Shown: piece by piece, positions 29,253 through 38,722 of the stretch
Layout: every line of letters starts with the position of its first letter
Position numbering within the stretch: the first letter of the stretch is position 1
Virus record (IMG/VR): IMGVR_UViG_3300030430_001440
Span: 1-61,293 of that record
Strand: one strand, 5' to 3'
Origin: a virus
Lineage: Duplodnaviria; Caudoviricetes
Length of the DNA: 61,293 bases
Notes under the pieces: model-generated
The model's database searches: none
What the model saw: only the letters and a program-made list of their open reading frames with translations
Told to the model about the DNA's origin: nothing
Program-made: the position numbers and the translations under genes

Positions 29253-29332
29253 ACAAAAATTATTAGCATGGATTGATAGACTTATAGAAAAGTCATGGCA
29301 AAACTACGCTAATAAATTACATAGGAAAAATA

Positions 29333-29440
29333 ATGAAAAAATCTAAATACATGAGAAGAGGCGGAGCTTTAAAGAGTTCTAAGTATAAGAAACGTGGTGG
29401 GGCTAAAAAGAAAGTAATGAGAAGAAAAAGAAGGAAGTAG
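29333..29440 (+). CDS. 35-aa extremely basic peptide (not in ORF track)
   Basis: MKKSKYMRRGGALKSSKYKKRGGAKKKVMRRKRRK; AGGA RBS; stop overlaps next start. Confidence 0.65.
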   Translation: MKKSKYMRRGGALKSSKYKKRGGAKKKVMRRKRRK

Positions 29441-30114
29441 TGCCTCATCTCATAAGTAATATCCCGCACTTTAAATGTTGGGTGCGAAGGGAATTCACAG
29501 CTAATCACACAAGATATCACGGCGAGTTTTTACACGCAATAGCTTTCGCCGTTAACACAATACCAGATAGGTCTTTGAGTTTTCAGGTAGTTTTCACAGG
29601 TTGCGAAAACGAATACGATGACTGGGACGAGGGTAATATACATGGTGGTGCAATGTGGGCACGTATGCCTATACAGGGTCTTATAGCAGATATACCTGTA
29701 GAGGATTGGGCGGTGCCTATGGAAGACCATCTATGTCAGCCTTGGGATTGTGAATCAAGAGACCATTCGGTTATAGTTATGGATAGAGTAAGTTCTTCTC
29801 CATGGCTTTGCAAAATAGACGGAAAGTTTTATACTGGTAAGTATATGTTTACAGTAGATTATACAAATAACGCTATTGCCGATTGTCCTGCACAGCACAA
29901 ACAGTCGCACGTGCTTTATATAACAGAAGATTGTGAGTGGAAAGGAAACTTGGTTGCTTTACCTAATAATAGGGTTAGAGCCACAAGTCCTGCCTTATGG
30001 GTAACAGGTGAGGGTGCACCAGACTTTACACCATCACAACACTTACATTCTGCAGAGGGTCATGAAAGTTATCTTGACCCATCTATAACTTTTAATAATT
30101 TATACGAGGATTAA
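29440..30114 (+). CDS. Hypothetical protein rich in Cys/His/Trp
   Basis: HGGAMWARMPI, QPWDC and LPNNR motifs. Confidence 0.75.
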   Translation: MPHLISNIPHFKCWVRREFTANHTRYHGEFLHAIAFAVNTIPDRSLSFQVVFTGCENEYDDWDEGNIHGGAMWARMPIQGLIADIPVEDWAVPMEDHLCQPWDCESRDHSVIVMDRVSSSPWLCKIDGKFYTGKYMFTVDYTNNAIADCPAQHKQSHVLYITEDCEWKGNLVALPNNRVRATSPALWVTGEGAPDFTPSQHLHSAEGHESYLDPSITFNNLYED

Positions 30115-30116
30115 AT

Positions 30117-30314
30117 ATGCCTAGAAAACCTACTAAAGCAAAAAAGAAAACTACTAAGAAAAAGAAGAAGAAAAAAGGAGCAACACCTACAAACCCTAGT
30201 TTATACGCTAGAGTGAAGGCTGAGGCTAAACGTAAATTTAAAGTGTATCCAAGTGCTTATGCGAATGGGTGGTTGGTACGTGAATATAAAAAACGTGGTG
30301 GAGGGTATAGATAA
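30117..30314 (+). CDS. Basic protein, DUF5872-like
   Basis: PTNPSLY.RVK...YPSAY...LVREYKKRGG. Confidence 0.65.
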   Translation: MPRKPTKAKKKTTKKKKKKKGATPTNPSLYARVKAEAKRKFKVYPSAYANGWLVREYKKRGGGYR

Positions 30315-30472
30315 TGGCAAGAAAAGGTTTATGGGCTAATATACACGCTAAACGTAAAAGAATAAAAGCAGGCTCTGGTGAGCGTATGCGTAAAAAAGGT
30401 GCAAAAGGTGCACCTACAGCAGCACAGATGAGACGTGCTAGAAAAGGAACTAAAAAACGTGGCAAAAAGTAG
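30314..30472 (+). CDS. 52-aa basic protein (not in ORF track)
   Basis: MARKGLWANIHAKRKRIKAGSGERMRKKG...; GGAGG RBS; TAATG overlap. Confidence 0.75.
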   Translation: MARKGLWANIHAKRKRIKAGSGERMRKKGAKGAPTAAQMRRARKGTKKRGKK

Positions 30473-30761
30473 ACGTAAAAAAGACCCTAAAAAGGGAACT
30501 GGTAAAAAACCTAAAGGTAGTGGAAGAAGATTATACACAGATGAAAATCCGAAAGACACAGTACGTATTAAATTCGCTACTCCTGCAGACGCAAGGGCAA
30601 CAGTTGCAAAAGTTAAAAAAGTTAACAAACCTTTTGCAAGAAAAATACAAATTCTTACTGTCGGTGAACAGAGAGCGAAAGTGATGGGTAAAACGCAAGT
30701 AGTAAGTATATTTAAAAAGGGTAAAGAAGCTATAAGAAAAGCGAGGAAAAAACGTGGCTAA
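30459..30761 (+). CDS. Basic protein
   Basis: GTG start after AAGGA; GKKPKGSGRRLYTDENPKDTV. Confidence 0.75.
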   Translation: MAKSRRKKDPKKGTGKKPKGSGRRLYTDENPKDTVRIKFATPADARATVAKVKKVNKPFARKIQILTVGEQRAKVMGKTQVVSIFKKGKEAIRKARKKRG

Positions 30762-31062
30762 ACCAAAAGGAGGTCTTACTGCATGGTTTGGTAAAGGCAA
30801 AAAAGGAGACTGGGTAGATATAGGTGCTCCTAAGAAAAAAGGCAAGTTCCAAAAATGCGGTAGAAAGTCTGCTAAAGGTAAAAGCAAACGTAAATACCCT
30901 AAATGTGTTCCACGCAGTAAAGCTAGAAGTATGACGGCGGCACAACGTAGAAGTGCTGTAAGAAGAAAAAGAGCTGCTGGTAATCCTGGAGGTAAACCAA
31001 GAAACGTAAGAACATTCGTTAGGAAGAAAAGGAGAGCAAATGGCAAAAAGAAAAAAAGCTAA
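30754..31062 (+). CDS. Basic protein with a Cys pair
   Basis: GLTAWF...WVD...CGR...YPKCVP. Confidence 0.75.
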   Translation: MAKPKGGLTAWFGKGKKGDWVDIGAPKKKGKFQKCGRKSAKGKSKRKYPKCVPRSKARSMTAAQRRSAVRRKRAAGNPGGKPRNVRTFVRKKRRANGKKKKS

Positions 31063-31339
31063 AGCCATAAGAAGAACAACAGGTAAGGGAGGTAATTATC
31101 GACCCACTAAAAAAGGGGCGGGAATGACCAAGAAGGGAATTAGGGCTTACAGAAAAGCTAATCCTGGAAGTAAACTAAAAGGAGCTGTTACAGGTAAAGT
31201 AAAGAAAGGTAGTAAAGCAGCCAAAAGACGTAAGTCATATTGTGCTAGGTCTTTAGGACAATTAAAAAGAAGCTCTGCTAAAACTAGAAATGATCCTAAT
31301 TCAAGAATACGTCAAGCAAGACGAAGGTGGAAATGTTAA
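31040..31339 (+). CDS. Basic protein, DUF6321-like
   Basis: NPGSKLK...RRKSYCAR...RRRWKC. Confidence 0.7.
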   Translation: MAKRKKAKAIRRTTGKGGNYRPTKKGAGMTKKGIRAYRKANPGSKLKGAVTGKVKKGSKAAKRRKSYCARSLGQLKRSSAKTRNDPNSRIRQARRRWKC

Positions 31340-31720
31340 ATGGCTAAAGCACCAGAATCATTTGTATATAATGCTACTTTAGATAGAGTAATAGATGGAG
31401 ACACATTTGATTGTGTTTTAGATTTAGGTTTTGATGTAAAACTTCATAAACAACGTGTAAGACTTGCAGGTATTGATACGCCAGAATCTAGAACACGAGA
31501 TAAAGCTGAAAAAGTTTTAGGCTTGGCTGCTAAAGAAAGACTTAAAGAACTATGTGTAGGAACTTTTCAGGTTAAATCTCTAGGCAAAGGTAAGTATGGT
31601 AGAATACTAGGAATACCTTATACAGAAGATGGTAAAGATATTTGTCAAATACTTATTAAAGAAGGTCATGCGGTTGAATATGACGGCGGTAAGAAAACTA
31701 AAGTTTGGGGCGATTATTAG
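31340..31720 (+). CDS. Thermonuclease (staphylococcal nuclease-like)
   Basis: RVIDGDT, RVRLAGIDTPE and KYGRILG motifs. Confidence 0.9.
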   Translation: MAKAPESFVYNATLDRVIDGDTFDCVLDLGFDVKLHKQRVRLAGIDTPESRTRDKAEKVLGLAAKERLKELCVGTFQVKSLGKGKYGRILGIPYTEDGKDICQILIKEGHAVEYDGGKKTKVWGDY

Positions 31721-32070
31721 TGGAAAGTGCTGTAACTCTTATTCAGGAAGTTGGTTTTCCAATAGCTGCTGCTATAGGTTTAGGTTGGTTTATTTATAAA
31801 CTTGTAATTCGTATAGTAGATGGTATGGAAACAAAATTAGATATCGTAGATGAAAAAGTAGCACAACAAATTAGTGCGATAGAAGAAAGGTTAGGAACTA
31901 AATTAGATTCACAACATGGTATTTTAGTAGCTCTTATAGATAGAGTGCGTAGTTTAGATAATGAAATTATTAGACAAGATACTTTAATTAAAACAATATT
32001 AGGTGTACCAAACTTAATAGATAGTAATAAAATTGCAAAGGCGGATAGAGATGATCAAAGAAAAGATTAA
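31720..32070 (+). CDS. Membrane-anchored coiled-coil protein leading the curli cassette
   Basis: GTG start; VGFPIAAAIGLGWFIY TM segment. Confidence 0.7.
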   Translation: MESAVTLIQEVGFPIAAAIGLGWFIYKLVIRIVDGMETKLDIVDEKVAQQISAIEERLGTKLDSQHGILVALIDRVRSLDNEIIRQDTLIKTILGVPNLIDSNKIAKADRDDQRKD

Positions 32071-32548
32071 AGAAGAAGCAGAAAAACAGTTCTTATTAAG
32101 AATAATAGCGTTATTAGGTGTGATCCTGTTTTTAGGTATTTTTATAACTAATGTAAAAGCAGATACTATAACTTTTAAATTTAAAAATCCTAGTTTCAGT
32201 GGTGTTAATACGTCATCACATTATTTAACAATTGAAAACCAAGAGTTTAATAGAAAAATGACTATTAAAGCAGAGATTAAAGCTTTACAAGATGAAATAG
32301 AAAGAGATAAAGAAAATACAACACTTGCTAGATTTATTAGGAATCTAGAGAGCCGTATCTATGCACAGTTATCTAGACAACTTGTAGAAAATTTATTCGG
32401 TGAAACTCCAAGTGATAGTGGTACATTAGAATTAGAAGGTAATACTATTGAATACAGTATAGTAGATGGAATTATAACGTTAACAATAACAGACCCAGAT
32501 GGAAATATTACAACGATACAGTTGCCTGTTGGTGATTTTTCTTTCTAG
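32051..32548 (+). CDS. csgF: Curli assembly protein CsgF-like
   Basis: Signal peptide (VKA/D), then FKFKNPSFSG; LESRIYAQLS; C-terminal ITDPDG..TTIQLP. Confidence 0.75.
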   Translation: MIKEKIKEEAEKQFLLRIIALLGVILFLGIFITNVKADTITFKFKNPSFSGVNTSSHYLTIENQEFNRKMTIKAEIKALQDEIERDKENTTLARFIRNLESRIYAQLSRQLVENLFGETPSDSGTLELEGNTIEYSIVDGIITLTITDPDGNITTIQLPVGDFSF

Positions 32549-33371
32549 CTGTAGCGTAGCTCCCGTACTACAACAGTTTGAACAAAAAGGCGAATGTATA
32601 AAATATAAAGTTAGTTTAGAAGGCACCGTTGTTAGAAGGTGCGTAGAAAGGGAACCCTATGTAGAAAACTTACCTAAAGTTTTAGAAATACAATCGCAAG
32701 AATTATTAGAAGTAGAGGTTCCTAAAATCCCCATAGTTGTTGCTGTTTACCCAACAGCATTTACTGATCAAACAGGTCAACGTAAAAGTAATAGTGAGTT
32801 TGCTTTATTTAGTAGTGCTATAACGCAAGCACCAAGTCATCTTCTTATTCGTGCATTAAAACATACAGCGAATGGAAACTTTTTTAGAGTAGCGGAAAGA
32901 GTTGGTTTAGATAACCTAACTAAAGAAAGACAATTAATACGTTCTGCTAGACAAGATGAAGATGATGCAAAACCTTTAATGCCTTTATTATTCGCAGGAG
33001 TTCTTATGGAAGGAGCCGTAGTTGGTTATGATACTAATATTAAAAGCGGTGGTGTTGGAGCTAGATATCTAGGTTTAGGAGCAAGTAAACAATACAGGAT
33101 AGATAGCGTAACTTTATCTTTGCGTATGGTTAGCGTGGCTACAGGAGAAGTATTAATAGATGTTTTAGTTAGTAAACAAATATACAGCTACGGAAAATCA
33201 CAAGACGTTTTTAAATTTATAGAAGCAGGAACAGAATTAGTAGAATTAGAGGGCGGTGATGTAGAAAATGATTCAGTAACAATAGCTTTACAAAGAGCGA
33301 TTGAAGATGCTGTTTTGCAAATAATAAAAATAGGGTATGATAGAAAATATTGGGAGAAAAAATATGAATAG
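32499..33371 (+). CDS. csgG: Curli secretion channel CsgG-like lipoprotein
   Basis: LSSC lipobox; FTDQTGQRK, ER.GLDNLTKERQLIR and GGVGARYLG motifs. Confidence 0.9.
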   Translation: MEILQRYSCLLVIFLSSCSVAPVLQQFEQKGECIKYKVSLEGTVVRRCVEREPYVENLPKVLEIQSQELLEVEVPKIPIVVAVYPTAFTDQTGQRKSNSEFALFSSAITQAPSHLLIRALKHTANGNFFRVAERVGLDNLTKERQLIRSARQDEDDAKPLMPLLFAGVLMEGAVVGYDTNIKSGGVGARYLGLGASKQYRIDSVTLSLRMVSVATGEVLIDVLVSKQIYSYGKSQDVFKFIEAGTELVELEGGDVENDSVTIALQRAIEDAVLQIIKIGYDRKYWEKKYE

Positions 33372-34068
33372 ATTAATTAGTTTTATTTTAGTATTACCTT
33401 TTCTGATTACAGCAGACAATGAAATATATGTTGATCAATCAGGAGCAACTGCTAACATAGATTTAGAACAACTTGGTTCATCTAATATCATTGGTGGTCT
33501 AAATTCTGTAGCTGGAACTTTAACAGCTTTAGATTTAGATGGCGATTCTTTAACTTTAGATATTAACCAAATAGGTGATAGCAACAAATTTCTAGGTGAT
33601 ATTTTAGCAGGTAGTTTAACAGGCTTTTTTGAGTTTGATGGTGATAGCAATACTTTTACTATACAAGTTGATCCTACGAATACCTACGGTGCAGATAATT
33701 CTGATCTAAACGTAGATGTAACAGGTAGTTCTAATACATTTACTTTAGATTTAGCTACTACAGCGTTAGCAAGTACTACAGACCTAGATTGGATTATTCA
33801 AGGCGATAGTAACGTTTTTGATTTTGATATTAATTACGATACAGGTACAAGTTATGTTGACGTAGATGGAGATAGCAACACAGTAAATTTTGAAGGAAGT
33901 GGTTATGCGGGAGGTTATTTCTATCTTGACCAAACAGGTAATAGTAGAACATTCGATATTACGCAATCTTCAACTTTGGCACTTGATTGGCTTAAAATCA
34001 CATCTACTGGTTCTAATGGTACTGTCTGCGTGGTTCAAGACGACAGCGGTACAAGCGTCAGTTGTTGA
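33364..34068 (+). CDS. Secreted curlin-like beta-repeat protein
   Basis: Signal peptide; NEIYVDQSG; repeated xDxxGxSNx units at beta-arc spacing. Confidence 0.6.
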   Translation: MNRLISFILVLPFLITADNEIYVDQSGATANIDLEQLGSSNIIGGLNSVAGTLTALDLDGDSLTLDINQIGDSNKFLGDILAGSLTGFFEFDGDSNTFTIQVDPTNTYGADNSDLNVDVTGSSNTFTLDLATTALASTTDLDWIIQGDSNVFDFDINYDTGTSYVDVDGDSNTVNFEGSGYAGGYFYLDQTGNSRTFDITQSSTLALDWLKITSTGSNGTVCVVQDDSGTSVSC

Positions 34069-35098
34069 TATAGGCGATATTGCTGAATTATCGGGTAACG
34101 CTCAAATAGTTCGTGATCAGCCGTATACTGCAGAGTTAGATTTTGCAATACAAAGTAATGATCAAGCCATAACGAATAATGGTCGTTTAGGTATAAAATT
34201 CCTTGATGACTCTGTTGTAAGGCTTACAGAACATTCACAACTTGTAATAGACGAATATATATACGACCCTGATCCTAGTAAATCTAAAATGTCCCTTAAT
34301 TTTGCTTTAGGTACAGCTAGATTTATAACGGGTAATTTAAGCCGCATAGATAAACAAAACATAAAACTTAGTACTCCTACTGCAAACATTGCGATTCGTG
34401 GTACTGATTTTACTGCGACAGTAGACGAACTAGGTCGTTCTTTAATAATCTTGTTACCTGATGCATTTGGTCTTTCTAGTGGTGAAATAGAAGTAGTAAC
34501 GGCTATGGGCTCTGTTTTACTTAATAGACCTTATCAAGCTACAACAGTGAGTGTTTTTGAAGCAGCACCAACAAAACCAGTAATTTTAGATTTATCTTTA
34601 GATATTATAGATAATATGTTAATAGTTACACCGCCTAAAGAAGAAACTTTACAAGAAGAACAAACAAGTACAACACAAAACGATAGTGTTTTAGATTTTA
34701 ATGATTTAGATATTGATTATTTAGCTGAAGATTTTCTAGAAGAAAGTAATTTAGAATTTACAGAACTAGATATCAACTATCTAGATGTAAATTTTCTAGA
34801 AGATTTACTTGATGTTATAGACGCTTTAGAAGTAGAGGAAGAAGAAGAACAGCTAGGTTTAGCAACTAGTGTAAATCTTACAGGCACTAATTTTGGACAA
34901 GATACTCAAACACAAATAACAACAATAATCGCAGGTCAAGTAATTAGTTTACAAAGAAAAGTAAACCAAAATTTACAACTTGATTTAAATTCTGGTAATG
35001 CTTATACGCTTATTTTAATACAAGACGGAGTATCTAATATAATTAAAATAAACGGCGGTAGCGACTCTGTTATCACTATTACACAAGGTAGTGGATGA
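34016..35098 (+). CDS. FecR-domain periplasmic protein with acidic low-complexity C-terminus (start uncertain)
   Basis: FLDDS.VRL.E.SQL and TPTANIAIRGTDF FecR signature. Confidence 0.8.
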   Translation: MVLSAWFKTTAVQASVVDIGDIAELSGNAQIVRDQPYTAELDFAIQSNDQAITNNGRLGIKFLDDSVVRLTEHSQLVIDEYIYDPDPSKSKMSLNFALGTARFITGNLSRIDKQNIKLSTPTANIAIRGTDFTATVDELGRSLIILLPDAFGLSSGEIEVVTAMGSVLLNRPYQATTVSVFEAAPTKPVILDLSLDIIDNMLIVTPPKEETLQEEQTSTTQNDSVLDFNDLDIDYLAEDFLEESNLEFTELDINYLDVNFLEDLLDVIDALEVEEEEEQLGLATSVNLTGTNFGQDTQTQITTIIAGQVISLQRKVNQNLQLDLNSGNAYTLILIQDGVSNIIKINGGSDSVITITQGSG

Positions 35099-36831
35099 AA
35101 AAAATATATTTAATACTTACTGTTTTATTAACACTACCTCTAATATTCCAAACCACACCGCTTGAAATACTTAAATTAAAAACCTATGATGCGTTTATAC
35201 AAACACCAGAACCCAGTGGTAATTTTGTAATCCTAAATATTACCGAAGAAGATGTAGAGCGTGAAGGTGGTTATCCTTTTCCTCGTAAACGTTTAGCTGA
35301 TATAAACATAGAGCTTCTAAGTAAAGGTGCAATAGGCGTAGGTTGGGCTATATCTTTTCCACAAGCCGATAGGTTTGGCGGTGATAATGATCTAGCTAGG
35401 TCGTTAGGTTATGCCCCTTCTGTTATTGCGATGTTCGAAGATGGAAAAGGTCTTTATCCTGCCTCTCCTGGAACAGTTGTTATAGGCAACAGTGTAGGCG
35501 GTATTAGTAGTTCAGGAGTTAAGGCTAACCATTCATCTTACGACGAAGTTCTGCAGGGTTTAGCCATAGCTCCTACTGATGTTGATCAGCTAGTAAGAAG
35601 AATGCCTTTATTAGTTAAAACACCTAATAACGAATGGATACCTAGTTTTGGTACACAAATATATAAATCATTGTTTGGTATAAAAACTTATATTATAAAA
35701 ACTAATGAAAACGGTATACAAGAAATATCAATACAAGGTATACCACCGATTAAAACAGATAGTTTTGGTCGTAAATGGATTAGTTGGGTAGATACACCAC
35801 AAACAGATTTACAAGAAATGGATGTTAACGGTAAATTCGTTATTGTTGGTGTTACAGCTAATGGTGTAATGCCACAAATCGCTACGCCTGTTGGACTTGT
35901 TGAGCCACATAAGATACAAGCAGCACTTGCAGAAAGTATTTTAATACAAGATAGCCCTTATATACCTGATTACGCTTTAATTGTAGAGCTTAGTATAGTT
36001 TTAGTTTTAATAAGCCTTATATGGGTCGCTATAGTGCGTTTAGGTATTTATTTAGGGTTAGGTATTACTTTAGTTTTACTAACGGCTACGGGTGTTTACG
36101 GCGTTTATACGATAGGTCAAGGTTTTTTAATAGACGTTACATGGGCTTTAGTAAGTGGTTTTATAACTGCAAGTGTAGCGTTTTATTTAAGATTTAGAGA
36201 ACAATATAAATTACGGTTACAAATTAAAAAACAATTCGAACATTACTTAGACCCAAGACAAGTAAAACAATTACAAAATAATCCTGATTTATTAAAACTA
36301 GGCGGTGAAAAAAGAGAGTGTACTTTTTTATTTACCGATGTCAGAGGTTTTACTGCACTATCAGAAACATTAGAGCCAGAGGAAGTAACACATATAATGA
36401 ATAGAGCTTTAACTATACAGTCTGATGCAGTGAAAGAATACGGTGGAATGGTAGATAAGTATATAGGTGATGCAATGATGGCTATATACAACGCTCCTAT
36501 TGATCTAGTAGATCACGCAGATAGAGCTATAAAAACAGCTGTAAAGATAATGCAAGATATGGAAAAAGCTAATATAGGTGTAACAATAGGTATCGGTATT
36601 AATACAGGGGAAGCTGTAGTAGGTAATATGGGAAGCGAAACAAGGTTCGATTATAGTGCTATTGGAGACGCTGTAAATACTGCTGCTAGACTAGAATCAG
36701 CTACAAAAGAAGTAGGCGTAGATGTAATAATAGGGCACAACAGTAAAAAACAAACTAGTTTTAAACTCAAATTGTTAAAACCAATCAAAGTAAAAGGTAA
36801 AGAAAAAAGTTTAACAATATATACACTTTGA
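35095..36831 (+). CDS. CHASE2-domain class III adenylate cyclase
   Basis: N-terminal TM and CHASE2-like YPFPR region; 3 TM helices; FTDVRGFT, DKYIGDA and SAIGDAVNTAARLES. Confidence 0.92.
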   Translation: MKKIYLILTVLLTLPLIFQTTPLEILKLKTYDAFIQTPEPSGNFVILNITEEDVEREGGYPFPRKRLADINIELLSKGAIGVGWAISFPQADRFGGDNDLARSLGYAPSVIAMFEDGKGLYPASPGTVVIGNSVGGISSSGVKANHSSYDEVLQGLAIAPTDVDQLVRRMPLLVKTPNNEWIPSFGTQIYKSLFGIKTYIIKTNENGIQEISIQGIPPIKTDSFGRKWISWVDTPQTDLQEMDVNGKFVIVGVTANGVMPQIATPVGLVEPHKIQAALAESILIQDSPYIPDYALIVELSIVLVLISLIWVAIVRLGIYLGLGITLVLLTATGVYGVYTIGQGFLIDVTWALVSGFITASVAFYLRFREQYKLRLQIKKQFEHYLDPRQVKQLQNNPDLLKLGGEKRECTFLFTDVRGFTALSETLEPEEVTHIMNRALTIQSDAVKEYGGMVDKYIGDAMMAIYNAPIDLVDHADRAIKTAVKIMQDMEKANIGVTIGIGINTGEAVVGNMGSETRFDYSAIGDAVNTAARLESATKEVGVDVIIGHNSKKQTSFKLKLLKPIKVKGKEKSLTIYTL

Positions 36832-36859
36832 TATATAATCAAACAAACGGAGAAATTCA

Positions 36860-37630
36860 ATGCTGGGGACATTACTAGCTACAATACTTGGTGGAGCAAT
36901 AGTCGGAGAAATTAACCGACGTAGAGCACCTGAACCTAAAGGAGTTATTGGCTCTGGTACTGCACCTTCATTAGACTCAGGTATACCATTAGAATTAACA
37001 GATATAGCGGGTAGTGTAGTTACTGATCCCGAAGATAATGTGTCAGATGAATCAGGCAAAACTATATCAGATTTAGATGAAGAAAAACTACTAGAGCTTC
37101 TTAAAAATAATCCTGATGGTATTATGGGATTATATCATGGGGGAAAAATACCAAATTACGCCGATGGCGGAGGTATTTTAGGGTTAGGTCTTTTTGATAA
37201 TTTAGATACGGTAGTAGATTTAGAAAATTTTTATAATTCACAATCAGAAGAAGTTCAAGATATAATAGATAGTAGTCTTGCAGAAGGTATTCTTGCAATG
37301 ATTAAACAATATGATGAACCACAAGGTAGTTTAGTATCTACACGAACGCTACCTGTAGCAGGTAATGCAAATAGAAGAAGATTACAATTTAAACCTATAG
37401 GGATGGATGATGGTGGTGTTTTAGATAGAAAAATGTTCAAACCTATGTTAAGCGGTGGTGAGCTTGACGGTCCAGGAGGACCTAAAGATGATTTAATTCC
37501 TGTAATGGCTAGCGATGGTGAGTTTATGTTATCTAAAGCTACGGTAGATTTAGTAGGTGGTGGTAATCATAATAAAGGTATAGCTGCACTAGAAAAGTTA
37601 AATAATAGAGGCAACAGAGTATATGGCTAG
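36860..37630 (+). CDS. Putative internal virion protein
   Basis: GPGGPKDDLIP.M.SDGEF motif; repeated xxxGG motifs. Confidence 0.6.
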   Translation: MLGTLLATILGGAIVGEINRRRAPEPKGVIGSGTAPSLDSGIPLELTDIAGSVVTDPEDNVSDESGKTISDLDEEKLLELLKNNPDGIMGLYHGGKIPNYADGGGILGLGLFDNLDTVVDLENFYNSQSEEVQDIIDSSLAEGILAMIKQYDEPQGSLVSTRTLPVAGNANRRRLQFKPIGMDDGGVLDRKMFKPMLSGGELDGPGGPKDDLIPVMASDGEFMLSKATVDLVGGGNHNKGIAALEKLNNRGNRVYG

Positions 37631-38714
37631 TAGAGAAGAACAAGAATATTCCAGTCAAGCCCCCGCAGGGTATATAGGAAGTTTATTATCGGGAACAATA
37701 TTCCCTTACGCACAATCTTATTTTAAAGACCAGTTTGCTAATTTAGGTAGAGAAGATTCTAGTCCGTTTACCTATACAGGACAAAGGGTAGCTGATTTTG
37801 ACCCTAGAGAATTAGCTGCTATGCAAATGTCTGATGCTGCTATCGGTAGTTATAGACCTTATTTAGATAGATCAGCTCAACTTTTTGATAGAGCTGATTT
37901 ACAAACACGTGCAAGCACACGTGAGTTCGACCCTAGTAGAATCGATAGGTTTTATAATCCATTTGAAGAAGACGTTGTTCAACAAACATTAGCAGATATA
38001 GATAGAAACTATGCTACACAAGATAAAAGTTTACGTGATAGAGCTGTAAGTCAAGGAGCTTTTGGTGGTTCTAGAGGTAGAATCGCACAAGAAGAACTAG
38101 CTAGACAAACAGGTAGAGGTGCAGCAGAAGCCGTTGGTAAAATTAGAAGTGGTGGTTTCGGTCAAGCTTCGCAACTTGCATCGAATGCTTTTGAACAAGC
38201 ACAGCGTAGAGGATTACAAGGTGCGGGACAAATAGCAGGTATAGGGTCTAATTTTCAAGGGTTAGGTCAACTATTCCCACAACTACAATCACAAGATATA
38301 CAAAGAACTATGGGTTTTGGTGGGTTAGGTAGAGGTCGACAACAATCTCTAATGGATTTAGCGTATCAAAACTTTACAGGTCAATACAACTTACCTATGC
38401 AATTAATACAAAACTTAGGTTCACTTACCGCTTCGCTTGGTCCTTTAGCAGGTGGTTTCGGTTATGCTGGTGCTGAGCCTGCAACACAGTCAAGTTACCT
38501 TCCAAGAACTACTATGGGTATGCTTCCGAATCAAAACTTTTTACCATTCCAACAAGGAACTAACACACAAACAGCAGGTATGCAGGGCGGTGGATTACCA
38601 AGTATAGGTGGTGGTATGATGTTTGCAGGTGGTAGTCCTGGATTTAATTTTAGAGGACCATCGTTTGGAGCAGGTATTACAGGTGGAATGATGCCTTACG
38701 GACCAGTTTATTAA
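37623..38714 (+). CDS. Putative DNA ejection/pilot protein
   Basis: Gln/Gly/Ala-rich; YTGQRVA, FYNPF and GAFGGSR motifs. Confidence 0.65.
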   Translation: MASREEQEYSSQAPAGYIGSLLSGTIFPYAQSYFKDQFANLGREDSSPFTYTGQRVADFDPRELAAMQMSDAAIGSYRPYLDRSAQLFDRADLQTRASTREFDPSRIDRFYNPFEEDVVQQTLADIDRNYATQDKSLRDRAVSQGAFGGSRGRIAQEELARQTGRGAAEAVGKIRSGGFGQASQLASNAFEQAQRRGLQGAGQIAGIGSNFQGLGQLFPQLQSQDIQRTMGFGGLGRGRQQSLMDLAYQNFTGQYNLPMQLIQNLGSLTASLGPLAGGFGYAGAEPATQSSYLPRTTMGMLPNQNFLPFQQGTNTQTAGMQGGGLPSIGGGMMFAGGSPGFNFRGPSFGAGITGGMMPYGPVY

Positions 38715-38722
38715 AAATATTT

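Noticed and set aside
29248-29346. Short open frame VKQKLLAWIDRLIEKSW...
   Set aside because: No start codon after the upstream in-frame stop; at most a remnant
30238-31068. Several minus-strand hydrophobic ORFs
   Set aside because: Antisense shadows of Lys/Arg-rich + strand genes
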